From the NCBI GenBank assembly GCA_052279835.1, contig CP181291.1:5568001-5632000 (forward strand): a stretch of 64,000 nucleotides of DNA. The letters run 5' to 3'. The DNA comes from Microcoleus sp. Lineage in GTDB: Bacteria; Cyanobacteriota; Cyanobacteriia; Cyanobacteriales; Microcoleaceae. The notes under the pieces were generated by a model that ran no database searches, was not told the DNA's origin, and was given only the letters and a program-made list of their open reading frames with translations. Positions 52,215-64,000 of the stretch are shown here, piece after piece. A program made the position numbers and the translations under genes. Numbering within the stretch: the stretch's first letter is position 1; every line of letters begins with the position of its first letter.

Positions 52215-54416
52215 CTACCTTTGCGGAAGTACCGAAGCCAAATGCGATCGCACTTTAACGTAACACCGCGCAATCAGCAACGAAGAATGACACTGAACAG
52301 CCAATTCATCAGTATACGCCCCCAAAGTTTGACGCTCAATTCCCCACTCGCGACTCGTACCCGCAATCGTCAAATCAGCATGAGCCGAAGCAGCAATCAC
52401 CGCTTGAATGGGCTCGGCAGCCTCCACAATCGGAGTTTCAATCCGTGACTGCACCTCCAGCGGCAACTGCTCAATTACTCGCCTAAACTCATAACTAAGC
52501 TCATTTTCCGATTCACCATCAGCAGCCACCCGCAATACCGTCAAACGCCGCTGTTCACTATTAACTAACAGTCTCAGCGCCAATTCTAATCCCAAATCAT
52601 CGTGAATATTCGCCGCATAAGGCACTAACAAATTATTCAACCGTTCCCGCCCTCTATCTACAAAAATTGCTACATCCACTTTAGCCGTGCTCAGGATTTG
52701 CCCGACACGCCCTCCCAAACGGTTACTACTAAAAGTAGGTCGGTGCCATCCTACTAAGATTAAATCCGCCCGGTCTATTTCGGCAATTTGTGCAGTTTCC
52801 CACGCCACATCCTTAGTCACGCGAACGATCGGATGCACCAATTGTCTAGCTTCTGGAGGCTGCAAACTCTCAATCAATTCTCCTAGTTTCAAGTGTCGCT
52901 CTTGAATAATGCGATCGGCTTCCGCAGGGGTACTTCCAAAAGCATAATCCTCACTTAATTCTATCAAACTCAGAGGATGAACCGCCGCCGACTGTAAATC
53001 GCTACCACCACTACCCGCCGACTGTGCCAGTGCTACGGCTAGTTGCAGCAAACCTTTCTGGGTGCTGGGATTAGCAACTGGTACTAAAATCCGATAAGTT
53101 GGTAGCAATTTTTTATCAGTTTCTTCGCTGTTACCAGTATTTGCTGAAGGTTCTAATTCTGAATCATCAGAACTAAATTCTGAAATATCTAACCGAATCA
53201 GCCGTTTGGGATAAGTCCACTCCAATAGTGGCGAAGTCATAAAAGTCGTCACTAAAGCCATAATCACTAACATCGTAAACAAGATGGGCGAAATTACCCC
53301 CAGAGAAAGACCGATATTCAGCACAATTAGTTCAGTCAAACCCCTAGTATTCATCATCCATCCCAGGGCAGAAGCTTCGCGGTTATTGATGCCACACACT
53401 CTAGCTGCCACGTAGGTTCCGACATATTTACCAATAATTGCTACTCCTAATACTGCGGCGCACAGCAACCATAATTCTGGACTATTGAGCAAACCAATTT
53501 CCGTTCGCAAACCACTGTAAGCAAAAAATACTGGTAGCAGAAATATCAAGACAAAATCTTCGGTTTTTTGAGCTAATTCTCTGGTTAATCCAGCATTTTT
53601 TGGCATAGCTGCGCCCAGCAAAAATGCACCGAAAATTAAGTGAATGCCAATCCATTCCGTAATTAGGGCTGATGCTACAACTCCCATATAAATTCCGGCC
53701 AATACTAACTGAGTTAGTCGGCCTGTACGATTGTAGTGCTTGGAAAGCCGCTGCAAGAACCAGCGGACTACTGTCAGCATGAAAGTGATATAAATTAAGG
53801 CTTCAAAAATTGTCGGCAAAGCGCCAACCATTGAGTTAGTGCGAGTAACTGCGATCGCCACTGCTAACAAGCACCAAGCTGTCACATCGTCCACGGCTGC
53901 ACAAGTCAGGGCCAGAGTCCCCAATTTCGTATTCTGCAAGTTGTGTTCGGTAATGATTCTGGCCAGTACCGGAAATGCTGTAATTGACATTGCCGCCCCC
54001 AAAAACAGCGCAAAAGCAGTAAATGAAACGCTGTTATTTGAGATAATCGGATACAGTAGCAATGCTAGCAAACTTCCCAGGGAAAATGGCACTAAAATAC
54101 TGACGTGGGAAGTCAAAATAGCTGTGTCTAAGTTGTTTTTTAGGTACTTCGGATTCAGTTCCAAACCAATCAAAAACATGAAAAATATTAGCCCAATTTC
54201 TGATAGTACATTCAAAAATGGGACAGCTTCGGCTGGAAAAACTACTGCTGCTAAATCTGGCGCAACCAAACCAAACAGAGACGGGCCGAGCATAATTCCT
54301 GCTACGATTTCTCCAATGACTTGAGGTTGCTTGATCCACCGGAATCCCAAACCGATAAGTCTGGATAGTGCGATGACAATTAGAACTTCCACTAGAACTA
54401 GAATGGCGATCGGCAT
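52215..54416 (-). CDS. Cation:proton antiporter (CPA2/KefB-like) with C-terminal USP-like domain
   Basis: [57 protein letters not shown]-like tail. Confidence 0.9.
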   Translation of the reverse strand: MPIAILVLVEVLIVIALSRLIGLGFRWIKQPQVIGEIVAGIMLGPSLFGLVAPDLAAVVFPAEAVPFLNVLSEIGLIFFMFLIGLELNPKYLKNNLDTAILTSHVSILVPFSLGSLLALLLYPIISNNSVSFTAFALFLGAAMSITAFPVLARIITEHNLQNTKLGTLALTCAAVDDVTAWCLLAVAIAVTRTNSMVGALPTIFEALIYITFMLTVVRWFLQRLSKHYNRTGRLTQLVLAGIYMGVVASALITEWIGIHLIFGAFLLGAAMPKNAGLTRELAQKTEDFVLIFLLPVFFAYSGLRTEIGLLNSPELWLLCAAVLGVAIIGKYVGTYVAARVCGINNREASALGWMMNTRGLTELIVLNIGLSLGVISPILFTMLVIMALVTTFMTSPLLEWTYPKRLIRLDISEFSSDDSELEPSANTGNSEETDKKLLPTYRILVPVANPSTQKGLLQLAVALAQSAGSGGSDLQSAAVHPLSLIELSEDYAFGSTPAEADRIIQERHLKLGELIESLQPPEARQLVHPIVRVTKDVAWETAQIAEIDRADLILVGWHRPTFSSNRLGGRVGQILSTAKVDVAIFVDRGRERLNNLLVPYAANIHDDLGLELALRLLVNSEQRRLTVLRVAADGESENELSYEFRRVIEQLPLEVQSRIETPIVEAAEPIQAVIAASAHADLTIAGTSREWGIERQTLGAYTDELAVQCHSSLLIARCYVKVRSHLASVLPQR

Positions 54417-54718
54417 GGTGTTGTTAGATTAGGGATTTTTGCTTATATTAAGAGGGACAAGTGCCAGGGGCAAAATTGGCGATCGAACCCAATGCAGATG
54501 GGCTCTCTTTTTTTGTGCCACAAGCCCGAAAGCCTGTTTTGAACAATAATGCAAAATGTCAGATAAAATTCAGATCTCTTGGTGGTAAATGGCCGAAAGC
54601 CTGTTGTTAAAAATGGTGCAAGATTTCAGGTAGAAGGCCCCAGACAGTCCCAACAGGGCAATTTTCTCACAAGATATCTAAATAAATGTCTAAAATTGTC
54701 GAACAAATTAGCAGACAC

Positions 54719-54830
54719 TGTGATAAACTAGAAAAGTTGTTTAAATTCGCACATCCGGGTTTTCGGGTGTTTCTGTTGCGCAAACCTTCAGAAATACGAC
54801 CGGGTGGAGGATTAACCCGAATTAGGAGTT
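54719..54830 (+). promoter_or_regulatory. rpsB extended -10 promoter and structured S2 leader (t44-like)
   Basis: TGTGATAAACT followed by CGCACATCC...TTCGGGTGTTTCTG...CAGAAATAC...GGAGGATTAACCCGAA. Confidence 0.6.
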
Positions 54831-54837
54831 AAAAACC

Positions 54838-55668
54838 ATGCCAGTAGTCAGTTTGGCTCAAATGCTAGAGTCAGGAGTTCACTTCGGACACCAAACCCGT
54901 CGGTGGAACCCGAAAATGTCTCCCTACATTTTTACAGAGCGCAACGGGGTTCACATCATCGACCTCGTGCAAACCGCTCAGCTCATGGAAGATGCCTATG
55001 AGTACATGAGAGTAGCCTCCGAAAAAGGCAAAAAGTTTCTATTCGTCGGTACGAAGCGCCAAGCTGCCGGGATTGTAGCACAAGAAGCCCAACGCTGTGG
55101 TGCTTATTATGTCAACCAGCGCTGGCTGGGTGGAATGCTCACCAACTGGACGACAATTAAGTCCCGCGTAGAACGCCTCAAGGATTTGGAGCGCCGCGAG
55201 GAAACAGGTGCTCTGGATTTGTTACCCAAAAAAGAAGCTTCGGTGTTGCGCCGTGAAATGGTCAAACTCCAGAAATATCTGGGCGGAATTAAGTCTATGC
55301 GGAAGATTCCCGACGGAGTGGTTCTGGTAGACCAACGCCGGGAGTATAATGCGGTGTTGGAATGCCAAAAATTGGGAATTCCCATCGTATCTTTACTGGA
55401 TACTAACTGTGACCCCGATTTGGTGGACATTGCGATTCCGGCTAACGACGATGCTATTCGATCGATTAAGCTGATTGTTGGCAAGTTGGCTGATGCCATC
55501 TATGAAGGTCGTCACGGTCAACTCGAAGGTAACGACATGGATGAAGACTACGACTACGAAGGCGCTTACGAAGGCGCAGAATATGAGGGCGAAATCGAAG
55601 AATTGGATGACCCCAATTATGTAGATCCAGATGATGAAACCGACGACGGCGAAGCAGACGAGTCCTAG
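54838..55668 (+). CDS. rpsB: 30S ribosomal protein S2
   Basis: [34 protein letters not shown]. Confidence 0.98.
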   Translation: MPVVSLAQMLESGVHFGHQTRRWNPKMSPYIFTERNGVHIIDLVQTAQLMEDAYEYMRVASEKGKKFLFVGTKRQAAGIVAQEAQRCGAYYVNQRWLGGMLTNWTTIKSRVERLKDLERREETGALDLLPKKEASVLRREMVKLQKYLGGIKSMRKIPDGVVLVDQRREYNAVLECQKLGIPIVSLLDTNCDPDLVDIAIPANDDAIRSIKLIVGKLADAIYEGRHGQLEGNDMDEDYDYEGAYEGAEYEGEIEELDDPNYVDPDDETDDGEADES

Positions 55669-55975
55669 GGTTCCTTAGCTAGACAGATGGGAATCCCCAC
55701 ACTATACCGCCTCGGTTAGTGTGGGATGAAAGGCGTGTGAGTAGAGTGCTGGCAACAGCCGAAAGTTAGCGCCATAATTAATTATGGCGCTAGAAATACA
55801 AAGTGTCCCTGGGTGAACTGAGTATTTTGTCAAAAAGTCTAATCATTAACATAGAATCATTAACATTAAAATTAGTGACTAAGGACTAAGAACTAATGAC
55901 TAATGACTAATGACTAATGACTAATGACTAATGACTAATGACTAATAATTTATTTTGATTGGGAAATTAAAGAAG

Positions 55976-56635
55976 ATGGCGGAAATATCTGCAAAACTTG
56001 TTAAAGAACTGCGCGACAAAACCAGCGCTGGCATGATGGACTGTAAAAAAGCCCTCGTTGAAAATGAAGGCGACCTAGAAAAAGCCGTTGAATGGCTGCG
56101 GAAAAAAGGTCTAGCTTCTGCCGGCAAAAAAGGTGGACGAGTTGCCTCAGAAGGTATCGTCGGTAGCTACATTCACACAGGCGGCCGCGTCGGCGTGTTG
56201 GTCGAAGTAAACTGCGAAACCGATTTTGTTGCCCGCCGCGAAGATTTCCAAACTTTGGTGCGGAATATTGCCATGCAAATTGCAGCTTGTCCGAACGTGG
56301 AATACGTGAAAGTTGAAGACATCCCACCGGAAATTGTCGAAAGAGAAAAGGCAATTGAAATGGGCAAGGATGACTTGGGCAACAAGCCGGAAAATATCAA
56401 GGAAAAGATTGTTCAAGGGCGAATTGAAAAGCGTTTGAAAGAGTTGTCTTTGATGGATCAGCCTTTTATTCGCGACCAAAACATCTCGGTGGAAGAGTTG
56501 GTGAAACAAACGATCGCCCTGATAGGAGAAAATATCCAAGTTCGCCGATTCGTGCGCTTTGTGTTGGGTGAAGGTATTGAAAAGGTAGAAGCTAATTTTG
56601 CCGATGAAGTCGCTGCCCAAATGGGTATTCAGTAA
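55976..56635 (+). CDS. tsf: Elongation factor Ts
   Basis: [29 protein letters not shown]; follows rpsB. Confidence 0.97.
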   Translation: MAEISAKLVKELRDKTSAGMMDCKKALVENEGDLEKAVEWLRKKGLASAGKKGGRVASEGIVGSYIHTGGRVGVLVEVNCETDFVARREDFQTLVRNIAMQIAACPNVEYVKVEDIPPEIVEREKAIEMGKDDLGNKPENIKEKIVQGRIEKRLKELSLMDQPFIRDQNISVEELVKQTIALIGENIQVRRFVRFVLGEGIEKVEANFADEVAAQMGIQ

Positions 56636-56734
56636 TTAACCATTAAAATTGAGAATTAAAAGCCAAAAATGCGATCGCCATGCTTACATTTTTAGTTTTT
56701 AACTCTCAATTTTTTTAAATTTGAGCGGGGAGAT

Positions 56735-57652
56735 ATGGTGGGATCGAGAGAGCGAATAGAGCAAGATTTGGCAGCACTAGAAGAAACTTTAACAGGCTTG
56801 AATTTGGAGTTTCGCAGTACCTACGAAGATTATCTAACTGCTTTGGGACAAGCAGTGCGAAAGCAGTTAATTTTGGCTTGCTATCACCTTTGCACTCAAG
56901 TAACCCCTGATGCGTTTCTCAAGTTGTCATTCAAAGAACGGCAGAAAATGCAGCATTCGGTAAGGCTTTTAGCTGCAATATCTCAAGAAAAATTGCGATC
57001 GCTAGCAACTAAAGAAGATCCAAGCGCAGACATAGAAGAAGATGAAGACCTAGAAGAATATGATGAACTAGCCGAATATGAAAACAGAGAAGAAGATGAT
57101 AATATAGATGACGATCGGGATATAGAAGAACAAGAAGATTCCATCATTAATTATCAATATCCCGCCCGACAGCCAGAGTTGCCTGCCAATTCCCCGGAAA
57201 CTTTGGCGCGCTGGCAACGGAATATTGAAAAGGCAATATTTAACATTATCAAACAGCTTTCTCGCGACATAAATCGCTTACTGCAACAATCGGGAATATT
57301 ATCCAATCAATTGCCAGAACAGGTTTTAGAAGCTGCTTATCAAGCAGAATCCTCCGGGGAAAGCGTCGCGGGACCTCCTCATTTATTAAACATCATCATT
57401 GAAACAGGTAGTTCCTCAGAATCGAAAAGCTTGAGAGAAACCAGAGGTACTACCACCATCCAAATTACAGCCATTAAACTGCGATTGTCGGAAATAGAGT
57501 TTGCTGATGTAGCAACCTCAACTTACCGTCAGCAAATTCGCAACTTATCAGTGCGGTTAAATACTCTGGGACGCGATTACCAGAAAAAGCGACGCGAATT
57601 AGCGGTGGTGGAGGCTGAGTCGGCTTGGCGATCGAGTTGGTTGGAAGATTAG
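56735..57652 (+). CDS. Conserved cyanobacterial hypothetical protein
   Basis: 305-aa ORF with acidic middle section, between tsf and recG. Confidence 0.75.
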   Translation: MVGSRERIEQDLAALEETLTGLNLEFRSTYEDYLTALGQAVRKQLILACYHLCTQVTPDAFLKLSFKERQKMQHSVRLLAAISQEKLRSLATKEDPSADIEEDEDLEEYDELAEYENREEDDNIDDDRDIEEQEDSIINYQYPARQPELPANSPETLARWQRNIEKAIFNIIKQLSRDINRLLQQSGILSNQLPEQVLEAAYQAESSGESVAGPPHLLNIIIETGSSSESKSLRETRGTTTIQITAIKLRLSEIEFADVATSTYRQQIRNLSVRLNTLGRDYQKKRRELAVVEAESAWRSSWLED

Positions 57653-57704
57653 TGATTTGTCAGTTCTCTGGAATGATTGAGCTATGATTAGTAACTAATG
57701 ACTG

Positions 57705-57945
57705 GAGAATTGGGAATGGGGAATGGGGAATTGGGAATTGGGAATTGGGAATTGGGGAATTGGGAATTGGGCTACCCCCCCCAGCCCCCCCTAGGGGGGA
57801 GGGAATTGGGAGTTGGGCATTGAAATTAACACCAATAACCAATAACTAATAACCAATAACTAATAACCAATAACTAATAACCAATAACCAATAACTAATA
57901 ACCAATAACCAATGACTAATGACTGATGACTGATGACTAATAACC
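57705..57945. repeat. Mixed STRR arrays (GGGAATT)n, (ACCAATA/ACTAATA)n, (ACTAATG)n and a C-rich hairpin repeat
   Basis: Direct inspection. Confidence 0.9.
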
Positions 57946-60443
57946 AACCAGAATGGCAACGATGGCAGAAAGCTCTTGCAGTAGAAGCCGATCGCGGATT
58001 TAACGATTTACAAGGCAGTCAATACCGTTTCAGCGAGTTTCTAAGCGTCAGCTTAAGACAACTCGCTGGTGTCGTGACTGCCAATTTGCGCGATCGCACC
58101 CGCCAACTAGCAGCCGAATTTGACATCTATCCACAGAAGGATATCGAAGCACGTCAGCATTTGCTCGCCATCACCAGCAGTTTTCTGACACAAACCCAGC
58201 GAGTTTGGGAACAAGAAAGCAGCCAACAAGCGGAACCAGAAAGACAGGAAAGACAGGAAAGACAAGAAAGACAAGAAAGACAAGAACCACCAATTTCCAC
58301 TCGCACTGCACCTCTGAGTTCAACATCAACAGCAGTGAGTTTGAGTCTGACACAAGAATTGACCCGCGTTACCGGAATTGGACCAGGAAACGGCAACCGC
58401 TTGGCTAAATTGGGTTTATACACTGTATACGACTTGCTTTACTACTATCCCCGCAACCACATTGACTATGCCAAGCAAGTACAAATTAGGGAATTAGTAG
58501 CGGGAGAAACAGTCACTTTGATTGCCCAAGTCAAGCGCTGTAATTGCTTTTCTAGTCCAAAAAATAAAAAATTAACGATATTAGAATTAATTTTAAAAGA
58601 CCGCAGTGGCGAAATTAAACTCAGTCGCTTTTTTGCAGGCCCACGGTACAGCAATCGCGGCTGGCAAGAACACAAAAAGCGCGAGTATTGTAATGGTGCA
58701 GTGCTAGCAGCTTCGGGATTAGTCAAACAGGGAAAATATGGAATTACTTTAGAAAATCCTGAATTAGAAGTATTAGATGACTCAGGAAGTGCGATCGAAT
58801 CCATGAAAGTTGGCCGATTGATTCCCGTTTATCCCCTGACAGATGGAGTGGATGCAGGTGTCGTCAGGCGAGGGATTTTGGCTGTGATGCCGGCGACAAA
58901 ACAGTTGTCAGAATCGTTGCCCGCCGATTTGCGCGATCGCTATGGTTTAATGGGTTTAGCCGATGCTGTGACCAATATTCACTTTCCCCTCGATCGCGAT
59001 TGTTTAGCCGCCGCCCGTCGCCGCTTAGTATTTGACGAATTTTTCTATCTGCAACTAGGACTTTTAAACCGTCGTCAAACCCAAAGAAAAGCTCAAGCTA
59101 GCGCCATCATCCTTCCTAGTGGCCAGTTAATCGAACATTTTTACCAAATATTGCCCTTCGCATTAACCAACGCACAACAAAGAGTAATTAACGACATTCT
59201 CAACGATTTAGCATCGCCTTCACCGATGAACCGATTAGTCCAAGGCGATGTGGGGGCTGGCAAAACCGTAGTAGCCGTCGTAGCAATGTTAGCCGCCATT
59301 CAATCCGGCTATCAAGCAGCTTTAATGGCACCGACGGAAGTTTTAGCAGAACAGCATTACCGCAAATTAGTAGGCTGGTTCAACTTGATGCACTTGTCTG
59401 TGGAATTGTTAACTGGTTCCACAAAAATCGCCAAGCGACGAGAAATTCACAGTCAGTTAGAAACCGGACAATTACCTGTTTTAGTAGGAACTCACGCTCT
59501 AATTCAAGATACTGTAAATTTTCATAAATTAGGCTTGGTAGTCATTGACGAACAGCACAGATTTGGTGTACAACAACGGGCTAAGTTGCAACAAAAAGGG
59601 GAATCTCCCCACGTTTTGACGATGACTGCAACTCCCATCCCTCGGACTTTAGCGTTGACGCTACACGGCGATTTGGATGTCAGTCAAATTGATGAGTTGC
59701 CACCGGGAAGACAGGCGATTCAAACTACTGTGTTGTCTTCAAAGGAACGCAGTCAAGCTTACGATCTGATTCGGCGAGAAGTGGCGAGCGGACGTCAAGT
59801 TTACGTGGTGTTACCCTTGGTAGAGGAGTCGGAAAAGCTGGATGTGCGATCGGCTATTGAAGAAAAAGAAAAACTTGAAACAAGTATTTTTCCTGACTTT
59901 AAGGTTGGTTTGCTCCACGGTAGAATGAGTAGTGCTGACAAAGATGCAGCAATTACTAAGTTTAGAGACAAAGAAACTGATATTTTAGTATCTACTACGG
60001 TGGTAGAAGTTGGTGTCGATGTCCCGAATGCAACAGTAATGTTAATCGAAAATTCCGAGCGTTTTGGACTGTCACAATTACACCAGTTGCGGGGTAGAGT
60101 TGGTCGGGGCAGCAACCGTTCTTACTGTTTATTAATGCCCGGTTCTAAAACCACTGATGCCATACAGAGAATGAAAGTTTTAGAACAGTCCCAAGACGGT
60201 TTTTTTATTGCCGAAATGGACATGAGATTGCGCGGGCCTGGTCAAGTTTTGGGAACCCGTCAATCAGGTTTACCGGATTTTGCCTTGGCAAGTTTGGTCG
60301 AGGATCAGGAGGTTTTGGAGTTAGCGCGCGCTGCGGCTCAGATGGTAATTGAAGATGATGAAACTTTGAATAATTGGCCTGTAGTGCGGGATGAATTGGA
60401 ACGTAGATATCAGCGGATGATGAGCGGGTCGATTTTGACTTAA
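57933..60443 (+). CDS. recG: ATP-dependent DNA helicase RecG
   Basis: RLVQGDVGAGKT, IDEQHRFG, MTATPIPRT, RFGLSQLHQLRGRVGR. Confidence 0.96.
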   Translation: MTNNQPEWQRWQKALAVEADRGFNDLQGSQYRFSEFLSVSLRQLAGVVTANLRDRTRQLAAEFDIYPQKDIEARQHLLAITSSFLTQTQRVWEQESSQQAEPERQERQERQERQERQEPPISTRTAPLSSTSTAVSLSLTQELTRVTGIGPGNGNRLAKLGLYTVYDLLYYYPRNHIDYAKQVQIRELVAGETVTLIAQVKRCNCFSSPKNKKLTILELILKDRSGEIKLSRFFAGPRYSNRGWQEHKKREYCNGAVLAASGLVKQGKYGITLENPELEVLDDSGSAIESMKVGRLIPVYPLTDGVDAGVVRRGILAVMPATKQLSESLPADLRDRYGLMGLADAVTNIHFPLDRDCLAAARRRLVFDEFFYLQLGLLNRRQTQRKAQASAIILPSGQLIEHFYQILPFALTNAQQRVINDILNDLASPSPMNRLVQGDVGAGKTVVAVVAMLAAIQSGYQAALMAPTEVLAEQHYRKLVGWFNLMHLSVELLTGSTKIAKRREIHSQLETGQLPVLVGTHALIQDTVNFHKLGLVVIDEQHRFGVQQRAKLQQKGESPHVLTMTATPIPRTLALTLHGDLDVSQIDELPPGRQAIQTTVLSSKERSQAYDLIRREVASGRQVYVVLPLVEESEKLDVRSAIEEKEKLETSIFPDFKVGLLHGRMSSADKDAAITKFRDKETDILVSTTVVEVGVDVPNATVMLIENSERFGLSQLHQLRGRVGRGSNRSYCLLMPGSKTTDAIQRMKVLEQSQDGFFIAEMDMRLRGPGQVLGTRQSGLPDFALASLVEDQEVLELARAAAQMVIEDDETLNNWPVVRDELERRYQRMMSGSILT

Positions 60444-60560
60444 CAGGAAACCATAAAATATATTTTTTCCGAATTATTCATCTCTCTTATCTCCCTCTGT
60501 GTTCTCTGCGTTCTCTGTGGTTAAATAATAAATCTCAAATCTAAAATTGAGTGATAGTTC

Positions 60561-61448
60561 CTAACGCCGATACGCCAAAGCAAAGCGATCGATTCCTGCT
60601 AAATCAGCAAATATCTGAACATCGCAATAACTCCCCTGACTTTCGAGTATTTCAGCTACTCCTTCAGCTTGTCCAGCCATCATTTCAACCAACCAGACTC
60701 CCCCGGATTCTAAATAATCAGGAGCTGTTTCGGCTAAATGCCGGATGCAATCTAATCCATCTAAACCGCCGTCTAAGGCCAGATGAGGTTCGTGTTTGGT
60801 AACTTCCGGTTGCAGAGTCAATACTGTGCTGCTGGGTATGTAAGGTGGGTTAGATATCATGCCGCTAACTTGCCCTTTCAGGAATTCTAGCGGTTCCCAC
60901 CACGCACCTCGATCGAACTTAATGCGATCGCCAAAACCTAAATTCTCGGCATTCTGTTGAGCAACTGCCAAGGCTGCGGTCGAAAAATCCATAGCATAAA
61001 TTCTGGAATTTGTCAATACCGAAGCTAGTCCGATCGCGATCGCCCCACTACCAGTTCCCAAATCCACCCAATTAGATTTAGTATGAAGGCGATCGGGCCC
61101 GATCGCTTCCACAGCCAAATCAATCAGCAATTCTGTCTCAGGACGAGGAATCAGCACTGCCGGCGTTACCTTGAGGGAAAAATCTCGCCAATATGTAGTG
61201 CCAGTTAAATACTGCACGGGCACTCGTTCCTGCAAGCGTCTCTCCCACAATTGGGCAAGTTCAGCTAAAGATAAATTCAATTCAACTTTTGGTAAGTTTT
61301 TAAACGATTCCAAACGCAGAGCCAACTTATCCAAACTGGTCAACTCTTGCAGCAGCCATTCTAGTTCGGTTAAGGAAACATCAGAATCGATCGCCTCTAC
61401 CTTAGCTCGATTTATCCACTGCCAAAGCTCTAAACCAGAAACAAACAT
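60561..61448 (-). CDS. prmC: Release factor glutamine methyltransferase
   Basis: [38 protein letters not shown]; start set at 61448. Confidence 0.93.
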   Translation of the reverse strand: MFVSGLELWQWINRAKVEAIDSDVSLTELEWLLQELTSLDKLALRLESFKNLPKVELNLSLAELAQLWERRLQERVPVQYLTGTTYWRDFSLKVTPAVLIPRPETELLIDLAVEAIGPDRLHTKSNWVDLGTGSGAIAIGLASVLTNSRIYAMDFSTAALAVAQQNAENLGFGDRIKFDRGAWWEPLEFLKGQVSGMISNPPYIPSSTVLTLQPEVTKHEPHLALDGGLDGLDCIRHLAETAPDYLESGGVWLVEMMAGQAEGVAEILESQGSYCDVQIFADLAGIDRFALAYRR

Positions 61449-61605
61449 GAGATTTTTGGGGAATTGGGAATTGGGAATTGGGAATTGGGAATTGGGAATT
61501 GGGAATTGGGAATTGAGCATTGGGCAACCCCCCCCTACCCCCCCCAAGGGGGGATGGCATTGGGCATTGACAACAGTCAACTGCCAACTGTCAACTGACT
61601 AATTA

Positions 61606-62451
61606 TTAACGAGTTGGTCGGGGTTGGCTGGGAATTGGAGCTTGAGGTGCCGGTCTGGTTTGGTTGGATGCCGGAGGTTGACTTTGGTTCCCTGCGCCCG
61701 CGGGTTGGAGCGATCGCACAAATTCCAGTGACTCCCGTGAAGGAATCAAAATCAGTTGTGTTAAAAATTTGTCGTTCTCAGTACGCAAAGCTTCCAAAAC
61801 GCTTTCCAAATTAACTACCTCAATCTTAATTGCCGTCGTCACGCTCGGCTGCTGCTGTTTAAAACGATCGACCATTCCTTGCAATTCTTCCTTGTTAAAA
61901 AACAGAGGAATCACCTCTTCCTGACCGCGCTGAATCGTCAAATAACCATTTTCCGGGCCACCTCTAGCCAAAAACAGAGGTACACCATTGAACTCATTGA
62001 CTTGTTGCCCAGTCTGCTGAAGTACAGTTTTAGCTAACTGGACTTGTTGGGGAGTTGGAACGTAGGCAAACATTACTTCATCCGGCTTACCTTTATTTGC
62101 CTGAGTGATTTGATAAATTTCTCCGAGGGACACGGGCGTTACGCGCACCGATGCCGCCAACTGAGGATTTCTGGTTTTCAGTTGATCGACAAAAGCTTGA
62201 GCGTCCTTCTGGCTGATAAAAATTCCAGCCACAGAAGCATTACCAGTTTGACCCTGACCTTGCTTCGGTACAGAAGCGATCAGAGGTGCACCCTGAGCAT
62301 CTGTAATGGTAAACACTGGAACCGATCGCAACTTTTCCAAAATTTGCGGTTCCGGCAGTGCCATTGCAGACATATTACCTAGGGGTGACGGGCCAAGCAG
62401 AGTGCTGCCGACAATCCCCAAAATTGCACCTAAACGAACTAATGATTTCAT
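61606..62451 (-). CDS. Tic22 family periplasmic chaperone
   Basis: Signal peptide; KLRSVPVFTITD..GAPL, FNGVPLF, IPLFFNKE. Confidence 0.88.
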   Translation of the reverse strand: MKSLVRLGAILGIVGSTLLGPSPLGNMSAMALPEPQILEKLRSVPVFTITDAQGAPLIASVPKQGQGQTGNASVAGIFISQKDAQAFVDQLKTRNPQLAASVRVTPVSLGEIYQITQANKGKPDEVMFAYVPTPQQVQLAKTVLQQTGQQVNEFNGVPLFLARGGPENGYLTIQRGQEEVIPLFFNKEELQGMVDRFKQQQPSVTTAIKIEVVNLESVLEALRTENDKFLTQLILIPSRESLEFVRSLQPAGAGNQSQPPASNQTRPAPQAPIPSQPRPTR

Positions 62452-62674
62452 TGTTTTTCCATCAGGAGCGAGCCATCCTGAGATACATTAACGCAAAGAC
62501 TTGCCCATTGACACGATCGACACTGCCTGCGTAGATGTTTATTTTTCTTACTCACAATGCAAATTTTATCACATTACGAAGAACACTCTTGATTGAGGTT
62601 CTACTAGCAGCTTCTCGATCGGGACTTTAGTCTCGCTTGTTTGCCACACACCGTATTGTTTTGATGATTGGTAG

Positions 62675-62756
62675 TGGGCGGGGAGAGAATCGAACTCTCA
62701 TACCTTTCGGTGTCAGATTTTGAGTCTGATGCGTCTACCAATTTCGCCACCCGCCC
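62675..62756 (-). tRNA. tRNA-Leu (CAA)
   Basis: Reverse complement GGGCGGGTGGCGAAATTGGTAGACGCATCAGACTCAAAATCTGAC...GAGAGTTCGATTCTCTCCCCGCCCA, with long variable arm. Confidence 0.92.
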
Positions 62757-63607
62757 TTTTTCTTAGTTTCACCATCGTAACACACCGATCGACTTTGTGC
62801 AAGCAAAGATTCATAATTTTTTGAACTTGCCCAGCGATCGATTTCCCTTGCCCGCAATACTGGCACTGGATGGGACAACTGAGAAGTCTGAGCTTGCTTG
62901 AGCATTTGCCCTAACTCCGTGCTGCTGAGGTCATCGTAGGCCCGCGCTTGGGCCAAAAAAGCATCAACATTCAGTTTGGGAGCCAAAGTCGGAGAACCTC
63001 CGGCCAGCTTCATCAACACCGATGCTACCACTTTGGAGTCCTGAGTTGCCAACAAAGCGGCGCGATCGCAAGTAAATTCAGCACATCGGAGCCACTCCAA
63101 CATTTGCGCCTGCAAACCCTGCACTAGCACGGTTCCCAAAGGGGAAATTTGACCGGCGGCTAACACAATTAAATTAGCCAGAGTCAAGTAAACTCCATGT
63201 TCGCACTTCAAATGCCCCAACTCGTGACCAATTACCGCCTTAACTTCCTCATCTGTAAGCAAATCAATCAAAGAAGTGTGCATCACCACAAAAGGCTGTT
63301 TTCCCCGCATCGCAAAGGTGTAAGCATTGGGCATGGGATGCTGGCGGACATAAAGTTGAGGCACTTCCAAATCCAGAGTTTTGCAGGCATCCAATAACAA
63401 ATGATGTAGGTGGGGCAATTGATTTTCCCCCACTTGGACGCTGGAAGCCAGATGTTCCAGCATGAAAAACTGTTCGCCAATTTGACCTAACAACTGTCGC
63501 ACCATCAAATCCAAGCCCGGCAGTTGTTTGAGAGTATTAGTAGCTTCCAAATCGAGGGGGTGACGAAACTGGTCTGCTTTCAAACCGATGAGCGGTATAT
63601 TTGGCAT
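62735..63607 (-). CDS. M48 family zinc metallopeptidase
   Basis: PNAYT, GHELGH (HExxH), AEFTCDRA, SHPVPVLRA; start set at 63607. Confidence 0.9.
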   Translation of the reverse strand: MPNIPLIGLKADQFRHPLDLEATNTLKQLPGLDLMVRQLLGQIGEQFFMLEHLASSVQVGENQLPHLHHLLLDACKTLDLEVPQLYVRQHPMPNAYTFAMRGKQPFVVMHTSLIDLLTDEEVKAVIGHELGHLKCEHGVYLTLANLIVLAAGQISPLGTVLVQGLQAQMLEWLRCAEFTCDRAALLATQDSKVVASVLMKLAGGSPTLAPKLNVDAFLAQARAYDDLSSTELGQMLKQAQTSQLSHPVPVLRAREIDRWASSKNYESLLAQSRSVCYDGETKKKGGWRNW

Positions 63608-63791
63608 TTTAGTCAGTTGGGAATTGGGCATTGGTCATTGGTCATTGGTCATTGGTCATTGGTCATTGGTCATTGGTCATTGGTTATTAAAGTTTGTAGT
63701 AAGGACTTTCTACTAACTAATTACCCTTCGACTACGAGGAAGGGCACCGCTACTAACTAATGACTAATGACTAATGACTACTGACTAATGA

Positions 63792-64000
<209 letters not shown>

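Overview
This window comes from a filamentous cyanobacterial chromosome, probably Oscillatoriales (Microcoleus/Tychonema-like). That call rests on the dense GCGATCGC HIP1 sites, the heptamer STRR arrays and the gene content. Most genes are housekeeping: cobJ, gshA, trmL, ftsI/ftsL-like, glgB, glmU, urtABCDE, rpsB-tsf, recG, prmC, tic22 and the 3' end of murA, plus tRNA-Met(CAT), tRNA-Ala(CGC) and tRNA-Leu(CAA). The intergenic DNA is crowded with small repeats and MITEs. The top candidate is a ~370 bp non-autonomous IS200/IS605 element upstream of glgB. It keeps a HEARO/omegaRNA-like scaffold, both ends and an ATGA TAM-like flank, but has no iscB gene. Other notable items: an Rpn nuclease gene cleanly split by an IS630 that carries a CGATCG tandem array, with a candidate internal RpnS start left intact; an orphan graspetide-type ATP-grasp ligase; a CRP class II-spaced promoter; an AIM24 gene inside the NtcA-box urea transporter operon; and a peptidase C-terminus encoded by the 5' end of tRNA-Leu. 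All family calls come from motif recognition by eye; no database searches were run.
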